A stretch of DNA of 64,000 nucleotides from contig OZ024742.1 of assembly GCA_964016885.1 (NCBI GenBank), positions 91,450,001-91,514,000 on the forward strand, in the 5' to 3' direction. Position 1 is the first letter of the stretch. The number at the start of each line of letters is the position of its first letter. The position numbers were made by a program, and so were the translations under genes. The notes under the pieces are model-generated. The model saw only the letters and a list, made by a program, of their open reading frames with translations, had not been told where the DNA came from and made no database searches. The stretch is from Eledone cirrhosa (taxonomy: Eukaryota). Positions 15,548 to 28,984 of the stretch are shown here, piece by piece.

Positions 15548-16121
15548 ATATACACACATATATATATATGCATACATGATGGCTGCCCCCTCGTTATCGA
15601 GTGTGGCCATTGCACGTATACCATTATTAAAAATTATTAATTAATTCTATCGTGCAATTCCTGTGCGTGAAGATATTTTTTAAAGTGAGGAAAGACTGTG
15701 CACTGAGCCAATCCCACTCACTGAGCGACAGTAGTTATAACCCTAAAAGAAGAAAAGATCAACATCATCGGTAACTACTGAGCCGCAGGTTTTAGATCGG
15801 AGTTATCGCAGTTACCTGAGTTGCCTTGTCCTAGAAGAATGCCACGACAAAGGCTAGGGCTCCTTCACTCCCAGTGGTTTAACCGCGCGATCGGGTGTTC
15901 AGCCCGACTTTTTCTATGTCCCCGTGCATATACACACACATGCACCCATGTATATACACATATACATACTTATGTATATACACATGTATATACACATATA
16001 CATACATGTGTATATACATATTTACACACTTTTGGATGGCCGTTGACTCTTATGAGTTCTTCCGTATAGATAGATACATACATATATACTTACATACATA
16101 TATACTTACATACATACATAC

Positions 16122-18075
16122 TTACAGTTAGCTAAAGTCCCACAACCATTAGTAGCTGCTGTTGAACGCCTGACCAAGAACTGGTACACCAATTTGATCC
16201 TTAGAGGTGAGAAGGAGCAGGTTAAGACTGATAGGATACATTACCAGAAGGGCATCTTTCAGGGTGATAGCTTGTCAGTACTACTCTTCGTTCTCTCACT
16301 GAATCCACTATCTTACCTACTCAGGAAACAAGGTGGACAAAGAAGTGGGCCCAGAAGTATCTCCCATCTTTTCTTTGTTGATGACCTGAAGTTGTATGGG
16401 CCAAATATCAATGACATCAAGAAACAATTGGACCTCATTACACAATTTTCAACCGACATCAAAATGAAATTTGGTGAGTCCAAGTGTGCATATTTGGCAG
16501 TAAAACGTGGAAGAGCTGTGCCCTCCTCTAGAAATCTAGATATGAACGGCCTGACAATACAACCTCTGCAGTCAGGTGACAACTACAGATATCTTGGACA
16601 GGATGAGAATGTCAGATATGATGGACCCATAAATAAGGAGAGAACCAGAACTGAATACCTCAGAAGAGTAAAAAAAATATGGTCATCAGAACTGTCAGCA
16701 TACAACAAATACATTGCCCACAATACCTATGCTGTGCCAATTCTAACGCCAACATTTGGCCTACTGAACTGGTCATTGCAAGAACTAAGTGAGATGGATG
16801 TTAGAACTCGAAAACTTCTCAGTGTTACTGGGAACTTTAACATCAATGGTGATGTGGATAGGCTATACTTCTCACGCAAGGAAGGTAGCCGGGGTCTAAA
16901 ATCAATATTAACAACATATGAGACCCGGATAGTAACACTGAAGCAACACCTTCAACAGAGGAAAAAGGTTGGCGACCATCTTGCTCAGGTTTATGAGCAT
17001 GAAAAAAGAAATATCATTAGAATAGCGACTGATCTGGAGGAGAGATATGGAATAAAGCCTGATATAAATCTCTCACCCAGAGAAATCGGAAGATCCTATT
17101 CAATGTTCAAACAAGAAAAAAAAATTGACCAATTTACAGAGAAAGTTGTGCATGGATACTTGAGGCGTAAAACACAGACCATAGAGGGGATAAACCACTC
17201 AAAAAGCCTGGCATGGAGTTCCGACAAGTTTATGATATCACACCTTGAGGGATATCTCTATGCAATACAGGAACAAGAACTCCCTACCAAATATCTGCTG
17301 CACAAAAGAGGAGGGCCAGCAGCTGACAATAAATGTAGGCTATGTAAAACAAAGATCGAGGATGTAAGCCACATTGTTGCCAGCTGCGAAAGAATGTCAT
17401 CTCGCTACTACCTCCCCATGAGACACGATGGGATAGCTAGAACTATCTGGAACGCACTTCGGAAAACAAAATTAACAACAAACGAAGAAGAATATATTGA
17501 GACAGATGGCACTAAGGAATACTGGTGGAACCTGAAAATAAAAACTGCCACCAAATTAAAGCACAACCGGCCTGATATTGTAGTTTGGGACCACACATTG
17601 AAAACGTGTTCTGTTGTGGAGATCAGCTGCCCACTTGATGTAAACGTTGTCAGAAAAATACAGGAGAAGGAGGACATCTACGGACCATTGATGAGAAGCT
17701 TACAAATCCAGTATCCAAGATACACCTTTAGCTTCATACCCATCATTATTGGTGCTACGGGTTATATACCAACCCGCTTGGACCAAAGTATGACCGAACT
17801 TGGATTTGCGGACAAAAAGCGCAGCTCCCTAATTCATAGTCTACAAATGGCTGCGATAGCTGGCACCTTCAAAATATGCAAAACATTCTTGCGATTCAAG
17901 GGATGACAATTTCTTTTCTTTTACAACCTTGCCACCAGGAAGGTGGCCGGTCAAAAAAAATATACTCGAAATTAAGAGAAAGAGAAAACATATATAAATT
18001 CAAATGGAACAAAATAATATCCGGCCTTCAGCCATCCGTTTTAGACGCTGACATCAAAAGGATGTTTTAATTTTG
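16122..18075 (+). mobile_element. 5'-truncated RLE non-LTR retrotransposon (R4/Dong-like)
   Basis: Open frame from LQLAKVP (16122) to the stop at 17906, then a short 3'UTR; the 5' junction abuts (CATA)n-type repeat. Confidence 0.85.
16194..17906 (+). CDS. Partial RT, CCHC zinc knuckle and PD-(D/E)xK restriction-like endonuclease (truncated retrotransposon ORF)
   Basis: GIFQGDSLS, FFVDDLKLY, YRYLG, CRLC...HIVASC, RHD, RPDIV...VVEISCP, IIGATG; no stops; the TTG start is an artefact of truncation. Confidence 0.85.
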   Translation: MILRGEKEQVKTDRIHYQKGIFQGDSLSVLLFVLSLNPLSYLLRKQGGQRSGPRSISHLFFVDDLKLYGPNINDIKKQLDLITQFSTDIKMKFGESKCAYLAVKRGRAVPSSRNLDMNGLTIQPLQSGDNYRYLGQDENVRYDGPINKERTRTEYLRRVKKIWSSELSAYNKYIAHNTYAVPILTPTFGLLNWSLQELSEMDVRTRKLLSVTGNFNINGDVDRLYFSRKEGSRGLKSILTTYETRIVTLKQHLQQRKKVGDHLAQVYEHEKRNIIRIATDLEERYGIKPDINLSPREIGRSYSMFKQEKKIDQFTEKVVHGYLRRKTQTIEGINHSKSLAWSSDKFMISHLEGYLYAIQEQELPTKYLLHKRGGPAADNKCRLCKTKIEDVSHIVASCERMSSRYYLPMRHDGIARTIWNALRKTKLTTNEEEYIETDGTKEYWWNLKIKTATKLKHNRPDIVVWDHTLKTCSVVEISCPLDVNVVRKIQEKEDIYGPLMRSLQIQYPRYTFSFIPIIIGATGYIPTRLDQSMTELGFADKKRSSLIHSLQMAAIAGTFKICKTFLRFKG

Positions 18076-18351
18076 GGTTGTATATATATGTGTATATATA
18101 AATATATATATATATATGTGTGTGTGTATGTGTGTGTGTGCGTGCGTGTGTGTGTGTGTGCTGTGAGCATGTGTGTGTACGCACAGAATGGAGCTGACAA
18201 AAAAGCTAATAGCTTGCGTAATGACGTTAGTAAGAGAAGTCCATAATATATATATATATATATATAAATCCTGTTTTTATTGAGATCTAAATATGGACAC
18301 AACTTCAGTTTCACCTTACATCACCTTTTCCGCCCTCACTTTGGCGTGCGC

Positions 18352-18402
<51 letters not shown>

Positions 18403-18547
18403 ATATATAGAGAGATTGGGGTGTGTGGGTGTGTTGTGTAGCTGTGTATGTGTGACTGTATGAAATTGCTGCTTCCGTTCAGGTCTGTGGCCATCTTTGA
18501 AGTTCCTAAACGTCAGCTGTTTCACTTATACCGTCGTTTATATAATA

Positions 18548-18732
18548 ATAATTGTTTCTACTTTTGGCACAAGGCCAGCAATTACCCAGTGTATTACTGG
18601 TACTTTATTTTATCGACCCCATAAGGATGAAAGGCAAAGTTAACCTCGGCGGGATTTGAACTCAGAATGGCAAGGGCCGTAACTCTATGCGTCAAAGCAT
18701 GGCGTCCGACCCTCTACCGATACTGCCAATCC
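18548..18732 (-). mobile_element. tRNA-derived Meta-type SINE (further copies at 18770-18960 - and 18990-19130 +)
   Basis: Reverse complement of the SINE consensus. Confidence 0.75.
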
Positions 18733-19859
18733 TAATAATAATGATAATAATAATAATAATAATTGATTTTAATTTAGGCACAAGGCCAGCAATTTTTGGA
18801 GAAGAAGAAACTCGATTAGATCGACCCCAGTGCATTACTGGTACTTTATTTTATCGACCCTGGAAGGAAGAAAAGCAAAATTGACCCCTGTCGGCTGTGA
18901 ACGCACAGAACGTAAAGGAACAGTAGTAAACACCACAGAGCATTTTTTCCGAAACTATCATTTTTATAATTCTTTATACTTATCTTTAGGTCACGAATTG
19001 GCTGATTCGTTAGAATGTTCTATAGAATGTTTTGCTGTAATCGTTTCAGATATCTGCACTCTAAGTTCAAATTACACCGAAGTCAACATCGCTGGTTATC
19101 ATTTTGAGGTCGATAAAAAATGGACCATTTCAGTAGTGAGGTTGATTCTTTCTCTATGCCATGCCATTGTTCCTCACAAACACACTTTCTCTGGAAGAAA
19201 TCCGCCGTGTTCAACAGTATGTGTCCTTCCAAGACATTGATATCTCCACCGTACTCCTATGACTCATGTATGGACGCATAACTCCTGATAGAGTCGAACG
19301 GACGTCATAGTGAAATTTTAAACCTGGAGCTCATCTTTTTTCCATATCCGAACGCAGATAATCAAGGCACGTGTCTCCAATGCTTTTATCTGAAGATTAC
19401 TTTCAAGGCATACGTCTTTGAAAAATTCGACCACTTAAATGTTATCTACTTCAGTTGATCGAACAATTGAAGGCTCATTACCGAAACCAACGGACTATGA
19501 ATTTAGTGATTTTACAGTCTAAATCGCAAACAATGCGTTGTTTTGATAAATCGACAATGACTCATCGGACAAAAGAAGATGTTTGGCTGCAACCCAAACA
19601 ATTATAACGGCAATAACAAGAAATTTGAAGGTACTAAGACACGTTAAAATCCGAGACTTATGGTTAAAGTATTCCAAAGGGACACATATAACGCAAACAG
19701 AGATGTTTAGCACTGGTTTTATTATACTAAGCTGTTTATTTTAAAGGGCTTATATTTATCTAAAAACCTTTCATCGTAATATCTTGTAAGATATTACGAT
19801 TAAGTTATGCTCCAAACACTAGCTTCCTTTACTTCATTTTTTCTCTTTAACTTCCAGGC

Positions 19860-20140
19860 TTGTTGGAGTACTACAGGCTGGACAGTGTACTACCTCTCTC
19901 CATCCATTATCTGTTGCGAGCCTGGACTTGGGTTATTGTGAAGTTTTTACCGGTTCAGTTTTTAATGTTATCCACCCATTATTTCTTCGGACATCCCTGC
20001 CTTCTTTTCTCCAGAACCGTTGCTTGCAGCATGGTCTTGGTTAATCTATCAGATATTGCCACGGGACTGTACCATCTCAGTTGTCTTTTCTTTACATTGT
20101 TTAGCAGGTCTTTGTTTTTGTCGACATGCTATCTGATTGT
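19860..20140 (-). mobile_element. Degenerate RTE/RTE-X LINE 3' fragment
   Basis: Reverse translation LRWYSPV..SDRLTKTMLQATVLEKRRQGCPKK*WVDNIKN resembles the RTE C-terminus. Confidence 0.55.
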
Positions 20141-21106
20141 CACACAAGTGCTTAAGGTTTTAAGTGCTCCGTATAGGAGATGCCCATTCCGCCAAATTGC
20201 TCTGAATGCGTAGACAGAGGTTTAAACGACATTTGGTTGACTTCGGAAGCATTGGGAAATTTGAAATTTAAAAATGTATTCATCACAATGCTGATACCTA
20301 TAATAATACTTAATAACTATAAATAATAGTTATAATGGTTACACGTACTCGCCTGTCATACAAAAAATGCGTGGTTCGATTCCCCGCATGAGTCTCTGCC
20401 CACATTATGCCTATCTCCAGAGGTACATCACACGATTGTACATCAACTAGTAATTGTTGTTATCAGTATTTACATTAAGGCGACTATATTTTTTAATTTT
20501 CCGAATGTTTCGAAAGTCAACCAAAATGGCTGACTGAACATATACACGCTTATTCTCCAAAAAATGATTTCGTTTCATCTACTTCCCAGTTTCCTCTATC
20601 TTTCTATTTCTTTAATTTTATTTTTCACTCTAACTTCTCACGAAGGAATAACGTCCGAAATGTTAAGACTCTTTTCCTACTACTTATATGTATGCATGCA
20701 TGGTTCCGTAACTCCCGAGGGAGTCGTAGAGCCGCTGTATTGATATACGGAGTTTCTAGGGCATTTTAAAATCTGGCGGAGCCCATCTCTCTCCAGGTCT
20801 GAATACAGCAGATTTCTTTCAGAGAAGGAAAAAGAGAGTGAGAGAATAAAAGGGAGGAAGAGATGTAGAGGAAAAATCAACCTATGTGTTCCTTTATTGA
20901 CCTGGAATGGATGAAAGGCAAAGTTGACCTCGGTGCGATTTGAACTCAGTGAGCAGAGTCAAAGCGAATACCGTAAAGCATTCTATGCGACATTCTAACG
21001 ACTCGGCCAACTCGAAACCTACTACTTATATATCAAGTGTTAAACTAATATATTTCCATTATACTGTATCATTTTGCTGCGTAGTTTTGTTTACATTTCG
21101 CTTAGG

Positions 21107-21280
<174 letters not shown>

Positions 21281-21290
21281 CACACACACA

Positions 21291-21440
<150 letters not shown>

Positions 21441-21480
21441 AATAAAATAAGGTGAATGTAAAACGGTGATGGTGAAGGCA

Positions 21481-21552
<72 letters not shown>

Positions 21553-21561
21553 TATATATAA

Positions 21562-21694
<133 letters not shown>

Positions 21695-22499
21695 TTCACC
21701 ATCACCGTTTTACATTTACCTTATTTTTCGGGGCTCTCAGTGTATCTATTTTTAGCGAAAGAAATTCAGTGCAAGTTTTTATTAACTTTTATATTAGTAT
21801 TTAAGTATTGAATGAAAATCTTTAGTCTAATACTATGCATTATATTCTTTCTTCAAAGATTAATGTCTTTTCATCTGTCTTTATATTTGTGATTACTTCA
21901 TTTTTATATTTGCGCTTTGTTAATTTTAAATGGAAAGAGCTATTTGACTCACTATAACCACACGGAATGACCCATATACAAAGACAGGGCTTATCTCTTT
22001 GTTTTGAAGTTAACTCATCAAAGCTAATAGCTTAAAGCAGTGTTCTCTAGTTTTATTTTTACGAGATGAACCCAAATATTGTCGAGAAACTTGTTATTTC
22101 AAGATACAAACCAAAATATTAGTGAGATATTTTATAAAAACCTTTAGACAAGTTACTTCACGATACAAACCAACAAGTATTACAGAGAGCCATATAAATA
22201 TTTTAAATTTCATAATATAGGCATGCTTATTTTTATTTCTCTTTATAAAAAAAAAAAAGCTTTCATAAAAGAATAATCTATTGAAGTAGAAACTATAGAA
22301 CATCAGGAAGAACTGTCATATTTAGAGAGAAACCCTGCAAAAACCTCCTTCTTTTTTCTTGGCACCACGCAAGCAGTTTAGTGAGCCATTTGGGTTTGCT
22401 GGTTATAATTGACGTAAGGTGCAATTGTTTTCATACAACATAGCACATTTAAAGGAACTGAATCGTTTCAGTTTGCCATGGTGTGGTTTCATCTGTGCT

Positions 22500-22550
<51 letters not shown>

Positions 22551-22619
22551 AAAAAAAGATGAAATCGAAAATGCAACTGGAGTCTTATTTAAAACAAATA
22601 TATATATATTTATTTGGTT

Positions 22620-22657
22620 CCTTTACCGGTTTCGCAGTTCTTCTGCTTTTCAAAAGG
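22620..22657 (-). ncRNA. Minimal type I hammerhead ribozyme, U3-A8 core variant (family D)
   Basis: Reverse complement CCTT-TTGAAAA-GCAG AAGAA CTGC-GAAA-CCGG-TA-AAGG; all three stems pair, palindromic stem III, GUA triplet. Confidence 0.75.
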
Positions 22658-22989
22658 TGAGTTGAGATGGAGGGTCTGTGTGTGTGTGTGTGTGTGTGTA
22701 TTATGCATACACATACAGGCTGAATGAAATGTCTACATACAAATAGAGGCACGCATTCTAAATATGTCGGTTGGAATGTAACATCATCAAATTGCTAGAT
22801 CGGGATTCCCTTAGGGATGGTACATTTTTTTAACATGTTTAGACAATGCAGTAGGAATGGACTTTCTCTATAAGCCAACTTGCTGAGAACACCTGACATG
22901 TTTCCATCTTATTGTTTCTCCTCCACGAGGCATATTCACTTATATTCATTAAAATAGAATACGCACACAAACACTCACACACACACATG

Positions 22990-23070
<81 letters not shown>

Positions 23071-23075
<5 letters not shown>

Positions 23076-23191
23076 TAAAGTTAGTCCTTCATCAGTGATC
23101 TTCCAACCATCATTGGTATTTCATCGCTTTTAAAGCGATGAAATACCAATGATGGTTGGAAGATCACTGATGAAGGACTAACTTTATTCAT
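23071..23191. repeat. Near-perfect ~120-bp palindrome abutting (TA)n
   Basis: ATGAATAAAG...CATCGCTTT T AAAGCGATG...CTTTATTCAT; related to 49620-49692. Confidence 0.9.
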
Positions 23192-23279
23192 ATGTAACCC
23201 ATTCGCAACCACGCAGCACGTTTATTCTCATATTTACACACAGATATATATATATAAGCGAACGAGGAAATGAATTACG

Positions 23280-23340
<61 letters not shown>

Positions 23341-23573
23341 CATTGCTGCAGAAAAAGAAAACGGACCATGACAGAAAGGAATGAAAATAATGGGTAGGAA
23401 GAAGGAAGTGTAAAGAGAGAAAGATGAAAATAGAGAGAAAAAGAGATGTAAAGAATATAATGAAAGAACCAAAAGAAAAAAAGGAAAGAAGTGAAAATGG
23501 TGGCGGAAAAAGAATGAAAATAAAAAGAAATAAGGAAATGAAAATATAAAACCCATAAATAAAAAGAGGTAAG

Positions 23574-23633
<60 letters not shown>

Positions 23634-23722
23634 CTTTACCGTGTCGGTTGTCACAAACAGTCATAACCGGAATGGGCTGGTGTTTGGATTCTGTCGATCG
23701 ATTGGTTATTGATTAGGCGATA

Positions 23723-23832
23723 CCCGCTGATGAAGCCGCATAAGCCGATTGTGCATTGTTGCATAATATATGCAGACAGATGGCGCAGTGCACCTTACTG
23801 CTGCATTAGTGCGGCAGAAACTCGAGTCCGGG
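23723..23832 (+). ncRNA. Type I hammerhead ribozyme with extended stem II (family E), inside a ~340-bp TA-flanked insert (23631-23972)
   Basis: CCCG-CTGATGA-A-GCCGCA...(~70 nt)...TGCGGC-A-GAAA-CTCGAG-TC-CGGG. Confidence 0.85.
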
Positions 23833-24022
23833 AACCTTATAGGCACCCGTTTTACGTGTGTTGTGTTGAGGCAATTAACTATGTGTATACTCTGGTAATG
23901 TATCTTACATTGCGCTGAGATACCACCGGTACTGGCATTGATAAATATGGTGGGTCCGTCAAACCTTATTATTATATATATATATATATATATATACACC
24001 TACATATATATGTGTGTGTAGA

Positions 24023-24058
<36 letters not shown>

Positions 24059-24401
24059 CTTATTTCGTTTATTTTGTAATTTTATTTGTATTAATTAGTC
24101 GGAAGAGAATGACGATGATGATGGTGATGATGATAATGATATTGGAGGTGGGTAGGGCAATCTGGGGCTCGATGATGATGAGGGCGAGGAGAAGGAAGAT
24201 GTGTTGGTAGAGAGAGTGGGTCCTTGCCCTTGACCTTTGTAAATGATGGCCAGATTATACTGGTGAGGTGAACGCATTTGTGAAGGAAGGATGTTTTCAC
24301 AATTTTACTGTTTTAATTGATGTCAAAAAACTTTGGTTACGTCTTGAGATGTTTTAAGAAGTGAGTGGCACTTAGGGAAGAAGGAATCTAGTAAAATACG
24401 C

Positions 24402-24432
<31 letters not shown>

Positions 24433-24502
24433 ATATATACACTCCCAGAATACATAATATATATATATATATATGTATATATATATGTTTGTATGTATAT
24501 AT

Positions 24503-24602
<100 letters not shown>

Positions 24603-24743
24603 AAATTTCGCTCTACATGGCTGAATACAGTAAATGTAATTTGAGTTTTGATTCGTTTGCAATTATGCAAACAAGCCTCCTTTTTAAAGCCATGTCAGTA
24701 GAATGAACACTTCATTCTTGCTCTTGTGTTGACATGCGAACAG

Positions 24744-24791
24744 AACTGCAGACACTAATGTTTCTGGGTATCACCCTTCATCAGTACAGCT
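24744..24791 (-). ncRNA. Type I hammerhead ribozyme (family F, inverted copy)
   Basis: Exact reverse complement of 25300-25347. Confidence 0.85.
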
Positions 24792-24824
24792 CACTGTTCA
24801 CCTGATCAGTGGATCTGCTAATAT

Positions 24825-25016
24825 GCGGTGGATTGGCAGTATGGGTAGCGGGTTGGACGCCATGCTTTTCAGCATGGAGTTACGGGCCTTTACGATCTGA
24901 GTTCAAATCCCGCCGAGGTTAACTTTACCTTTCATCCTTACGGGGTCGATAAAATAAAGAACCAGTAATACACTGGAATAAATGCTGGCCTTGTGCCAAA
25001 ATTAGAAACATTTATT
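24825..25016 (+). mobile_element. tRNA-derived Meta-type SINE
   Basis: Matches the SINE consensus. Confidence 0.8.
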
Positions 25017-25299
25017 AATATTAGAAAAAGTCAGATTACATATATTGTATTCAGCCATGTAGAGCGAAATTTTCTTTTTTATTTGAATTTGGCAAAGCTG
25101 GCCATTTATCGCTCGTATACAGGAAACTGACTGGCCAGTCTGCTGATATGCAAATCTGGCTGATCAGTAGATCTGCTAATATGCATATTTGACTGATCAG
25201 CCAGTCTGCTAATATGCAAATGAGGCTGATCAGTAACTGTGTAAGTTTGAAAATAGCATATATTTTCACTAGCTCTGACAGTTTGGCAGGTGAACAGTG

Positions 25300-25347
25300 A
25301 GCTGTACTGATGAAGGGTGATACCCAGAAACATTAGTGTCTGCAGTT
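25300..25347 (+). ncRNA. Type I hammerhead ribozyme (family F)
   Basis: AGCTGTA-CTGATGA-A-GGGT GAT ACCC-A-GAAA-CATTAGTG-TC-TGCAGTT; GUC triplet. Confidence 0.88.
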
Positions 25348-25473
25348 CTGTTCGCATACCAACACAAGAGCAAGAATGAAGTGTTCATTCTATGACATGG
25401 CTATAAAATTGAGGCGTGTTTGCATAATTGCAAACGAATCGAATGTTATTATTAATATTCGAAAAACTGAGAT

Positions 25474-25526
<53 letters not shown>

Positions 25527-25689
25527 TATAAGTAGGTTAATCCATTTATATAAAATATATATTGATTATATTACTCACCAAAAAGGCTCAATGAACCTAA
25601 AACGCAGAGCATAATTTATACAAATATAAATGATATACAAAACATTGTTTTCATATATCTTGTTGAGAATCAACTAGCATTATGTATAT

Positions 25690-25878
25690 CGGTGGATTGG
25701 CAGTATCGGTAGAGGGTCGGACGCCATGCTTTGAAGCATAGAGTTACCTCCCTGTATGATCTGAGTTCAAATCCCGCCGAGGTTAACTTTGCCTTTCATC
25801 CTTCCGAGGTCGATAAAATAAAGTACCAGTAATGCACTGGATAATTGCTGGCATTGTGCCTAAAGTAGAAACAATTAT
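25690..25878 (+). mobile_element. tRNA-derived Meta-type SINE
   Basis: Matches the SINE consensus. Confidence 0.8.
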
Positions 25879-26366
25879 GTATATAGACATCAAACAATAC
25901 ATGTACTCACTTAAAGAATGAATCAAGACAAAATCGCCTAAATTTCTCTTGGATTCTAGAACATTATATTTATAATCGATGTTGATGATTGGTATCAATC
26001 ACCAATTATCGACCTTGGAAATAAACATCATAAAGACCGAGAAATGCCATACCAATCTTCAGTAAGAGTTAAAGTCTTGTCTATATGCATTTCAGACTGC
26101 AAATGAACTAGCTACCTTCCCTAGCAAGCCACTGAATTAAACCTCATGGTACTAAACTAAAGTTTTACGGAAGGACAGATTAACAGGATTGATCATAATA
26201 AGTGCTGAAGATAGTACCCAGACGAGTCCCTCTGTGGCAACTCTAAAAATTCAAAATTTGGGGCACATATATTTTATAATTAGGTTAAATATATATTGAT
26301 TATATTACTTAACAAATAAAACTCAGAGCATAATTTGTACAAATTTAAACGATTTTGGCTTGCATC

Positions 26367-26447
<81 letters not shown>

Positions 26448-26688
26448 CAATATATTTAGAAACACACAGATACATGCGGACACACACATATATACATGAA
26501 TGCATCCGCACCCAACTGTGAGTTAAGGGTGCCAACTTCACCGATGTTGCTCAATGAATGACTGGGACAGACCAATTCAGTTGAACTAGACTGAACCAGT
26601 ATCAGAGTTAAAAATACATTATGAAGAGAGAAGAAACATTTAGATATAATTAGTAATAAAATGTATCATACCTAAACTGCTCCTAAAT

Positions 26689-26775
26689 TCCTCGACTACG
26701 TAGTTTCGTGGCATAAACAAAAACAATATATAAAGATATAGAGTCCTTGCGAGGTCTGCCGACTTATCAAGAGGA
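26689..26775 (-). ncRNA. Type I hammerhead, U3-A8 core, long stem II (family G, inverted copy)
   Basis: Reverse complement of 27371-27460 with a 3-nt loop deletion. Confidence 0.8.
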
Positions 26776-27370
26776 TACCTCATTTTACTAGTCTCAAGAA
26801 CGCGTCTACACGACGTGAGAAAGAATCCCAAAAGGCGGAGGGGGAGATAGTCACGCGATATAACGGTCGAGAAACAGAGCTAAGCCTCTTATAACCCCGA
26901 AGAAAATACCACGGAGGCGGAGGGGGTATTTATATCGAGGCCGTAAAGAGGTGGTGAAGAAGGCGAGAAGTATGAGTAATGGAAGCTTTCCAGCTGTCCC
27001 CACACCTCAAAGATTGCTCGACCAGAGGGAGTTATTAACAATATATTTAGAAACACACAGATACATGCGGACACACACATATATACATGAATGCATCCGC
27101 ACCCAACTGTGAGTTAAGGGTGCCAACTTCACCGATGTTGCTCAATGAATGACTGGGACAGACCAATTCAGTTGAACTAGACTGAACCAGTATCAGAGTT
27201 AAAAATACATTATGAAGAGAGAAGAAACATTTAGATATAATTAGTAATAAAATGTATCATACCTAAACTGCTCCTAAATTCCTCGACTACGTAGTTTCGT
27301 GGCATAAACGCCTTTTGGGATTCTTTCTCACGTCGTGTAGACGCGTTCTTGAGACTAGTAAAATGAGGTA

Positions 27371-27460
27371 TCCTCTTGATAAGTCGGCAGACCTCGCAAG
27401 GACTCTATATCTTTATGATATATTGTTTTTGTTTATGCCACGAAACTACGTAGTCGAGGA
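27371..27460 (+). ncRNA. Type I hammerhead, U3-A8 core, long stem II (family G)
   Basis: TCCTC-TTGATAA-GT(C)GGCA...TGCCAC-GAAA-CTACGTAG-TC-GAGGA. Confidence 0.82.
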
Positions 27461-27965
27461 ATTTAGGAGCAGTTTAGGTATGATACATTTTATTACTAAT
27501 TATATCTAAATGTTTCTTCTCTCTTCATAATGAATTTTTAACTCTGATACTGGTTCAGTCTAGTTCAACTGAATTGGTCTGTCCCAGTCATTCATTGAGC
27601 AACATCGGTGAAGTTGGCACCCTTAACTCACAGTTGGGTGCGGATGCATTCATGTATATATGTGTGTGTCCGCATGTATCTGTGTGTTTCTAAATATATT
27701 GTTAATAACTCCCTCTGGTCGAGCAATCTTTGAGGTGTGGGGACAGCTGGAAAGCTTCCATTACTCATACTTCTCGCCTTCTTCACCACCTCTTCTACGG
27801 CCCCGATATAAATACCCCCTCCGCCTCCGTGGTATTTTCTTCGGGGTTATAAGAGGCTTAGCTCTGTTTCTCGACCGTTATATCGCGTGACTATCTCCCC
27901 CTCCGCCTTTTGGGATTCTTTCTCACGTCGTGTAGACGCGTTCTTGAGACTAGTAAAATGAGGTA

Positions 27966-28055
27966 TCCTCTTGATAAGTCGGCAGACCTCGCAAGGACTC
28001 TATATCTTTATGATATATTGTTTTTGTTAATGCCACGAAACTACGTAGTCGAGGA
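27966..28055 (+). ncRNA. Type I hammerhead, U3-A8 core (family G, tandem copy)
   Basis: Same motif 595 bp downstream of 27371. Confidence 0.82.
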
Positions 28056-28150
28056 ATTTAGGAGCAGTTTAGGTTTGATACATTTTATTACTAATTATAT
28101 CTAAATGTTTCTTCTCTCTTCATAATGTATATATATATATATATATATAT

Positions 28151-28911
28151 AACGAAGGAAATGTGGTAAGGAACCAGGTGGACCATAACGCACCAAAGTA
28201 CTCAATTCTTGGGGTAGTAGAGTGGGTAATAGGAACCAGTAAGACCCCGACGGCTGAGCTCAAGCCGTTTCGACGGCTAATTCTGGACTAAATGAAAATT
28301 TATCCTGGTATTTAAATAGCCGATCTTCTCAAGGGGTAATTCCATATATGGTCAAAGTGATTGTCAAAAGTCAGTAGTAATTCTGTGATTGCAAATTAGT
28401 AGGGGAGATGGTGGCTAAACCTGCCACTTTACTTCTTTACTTCTTTACTTCTTTCTTTCTTTATTTATTTATTTATCTAGCCTAACAATAGCTAGAGACC
28501 TAGGTCGTAGAACTTGCTTTACTTTTTTCTTTACACTTATTCGCTTTTCTTCACTCTCAGTATTTTTTCTTTCATATATATTTTTACCCCTCATTGTTCT
28601 ACCCACCGTCCCGACTTCCCCCCCCCCCCCAGTATCTTCTTTGACCTCATGCCCAGCTGTAGCGGGCACTACCAACGCTTGATTGGGTCTACTCCACCCC
28701 CTCCCCTCTTTCTCCTACTGGCAGGTTTAGCCACCATGTCCCCTACTAATTTGCAATCACAGAATTACTACTGACTTTTGACAATCACTTTGACCATATA
28801 TGGAATTACCCCTTGAGAAGATCGGCTATTTAAATACCAGGATAAATTTTCGTTTAGTCCAGAATTAGCCGTCGAAACGGCTTGAGCTCAGCCGTCGGGG
28901 TCTTACTGGTT

Positions 28912-28913
<2 letters not shown>
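28151..28913. repeat. Foldback element: ~200-bp inverted arms (28230-28426 / 28718-28913) carrying the 3' half of an HHR
   Basis: Arms are near-perfect reverse complements; contain GTCGAAACGGCTTGAGCTCAGCCGTCGGGG; (TA)n flanks. Confidence 0.8.
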
Positions 28914-28976
<63 letters not shown>

Positions 28977-28984
28977 TTAGAGGC

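Larger units (their letters stand above)
26446..28128. mobile_element. Non-autonomous HHR element: ~590-595-bp unit in partial tandem on - (26446-27309) and on + (27310-28128), in (TA)n
   Basis: Near-identical ORF-track peptides at 26640(-), 27315(+) and 27910(+); (TA)n on both sides. Confidence 0.9.

Noticed and set aside
16194-17906. Prokaryotic RT system (retron, group II intron, DGR)
   Set aside because: The CCHC plus RHD plus PD-(D/E)xK architecture and the eukaryotic context identify a non-LTR retrotransposon
20632-20680. CTCACGA-AGGA..TCC-GAAA-TGTTA hammerhead-like motif
   Set aside because: Core G5 is mutated and stem I is poor; counted only as a probable relic
26640-28104. Repeated 63-64-aa ORF as a small gene family
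   Set aside because: Non-ATG starts, and it overlaps the HHR within a non-coding repeat unit
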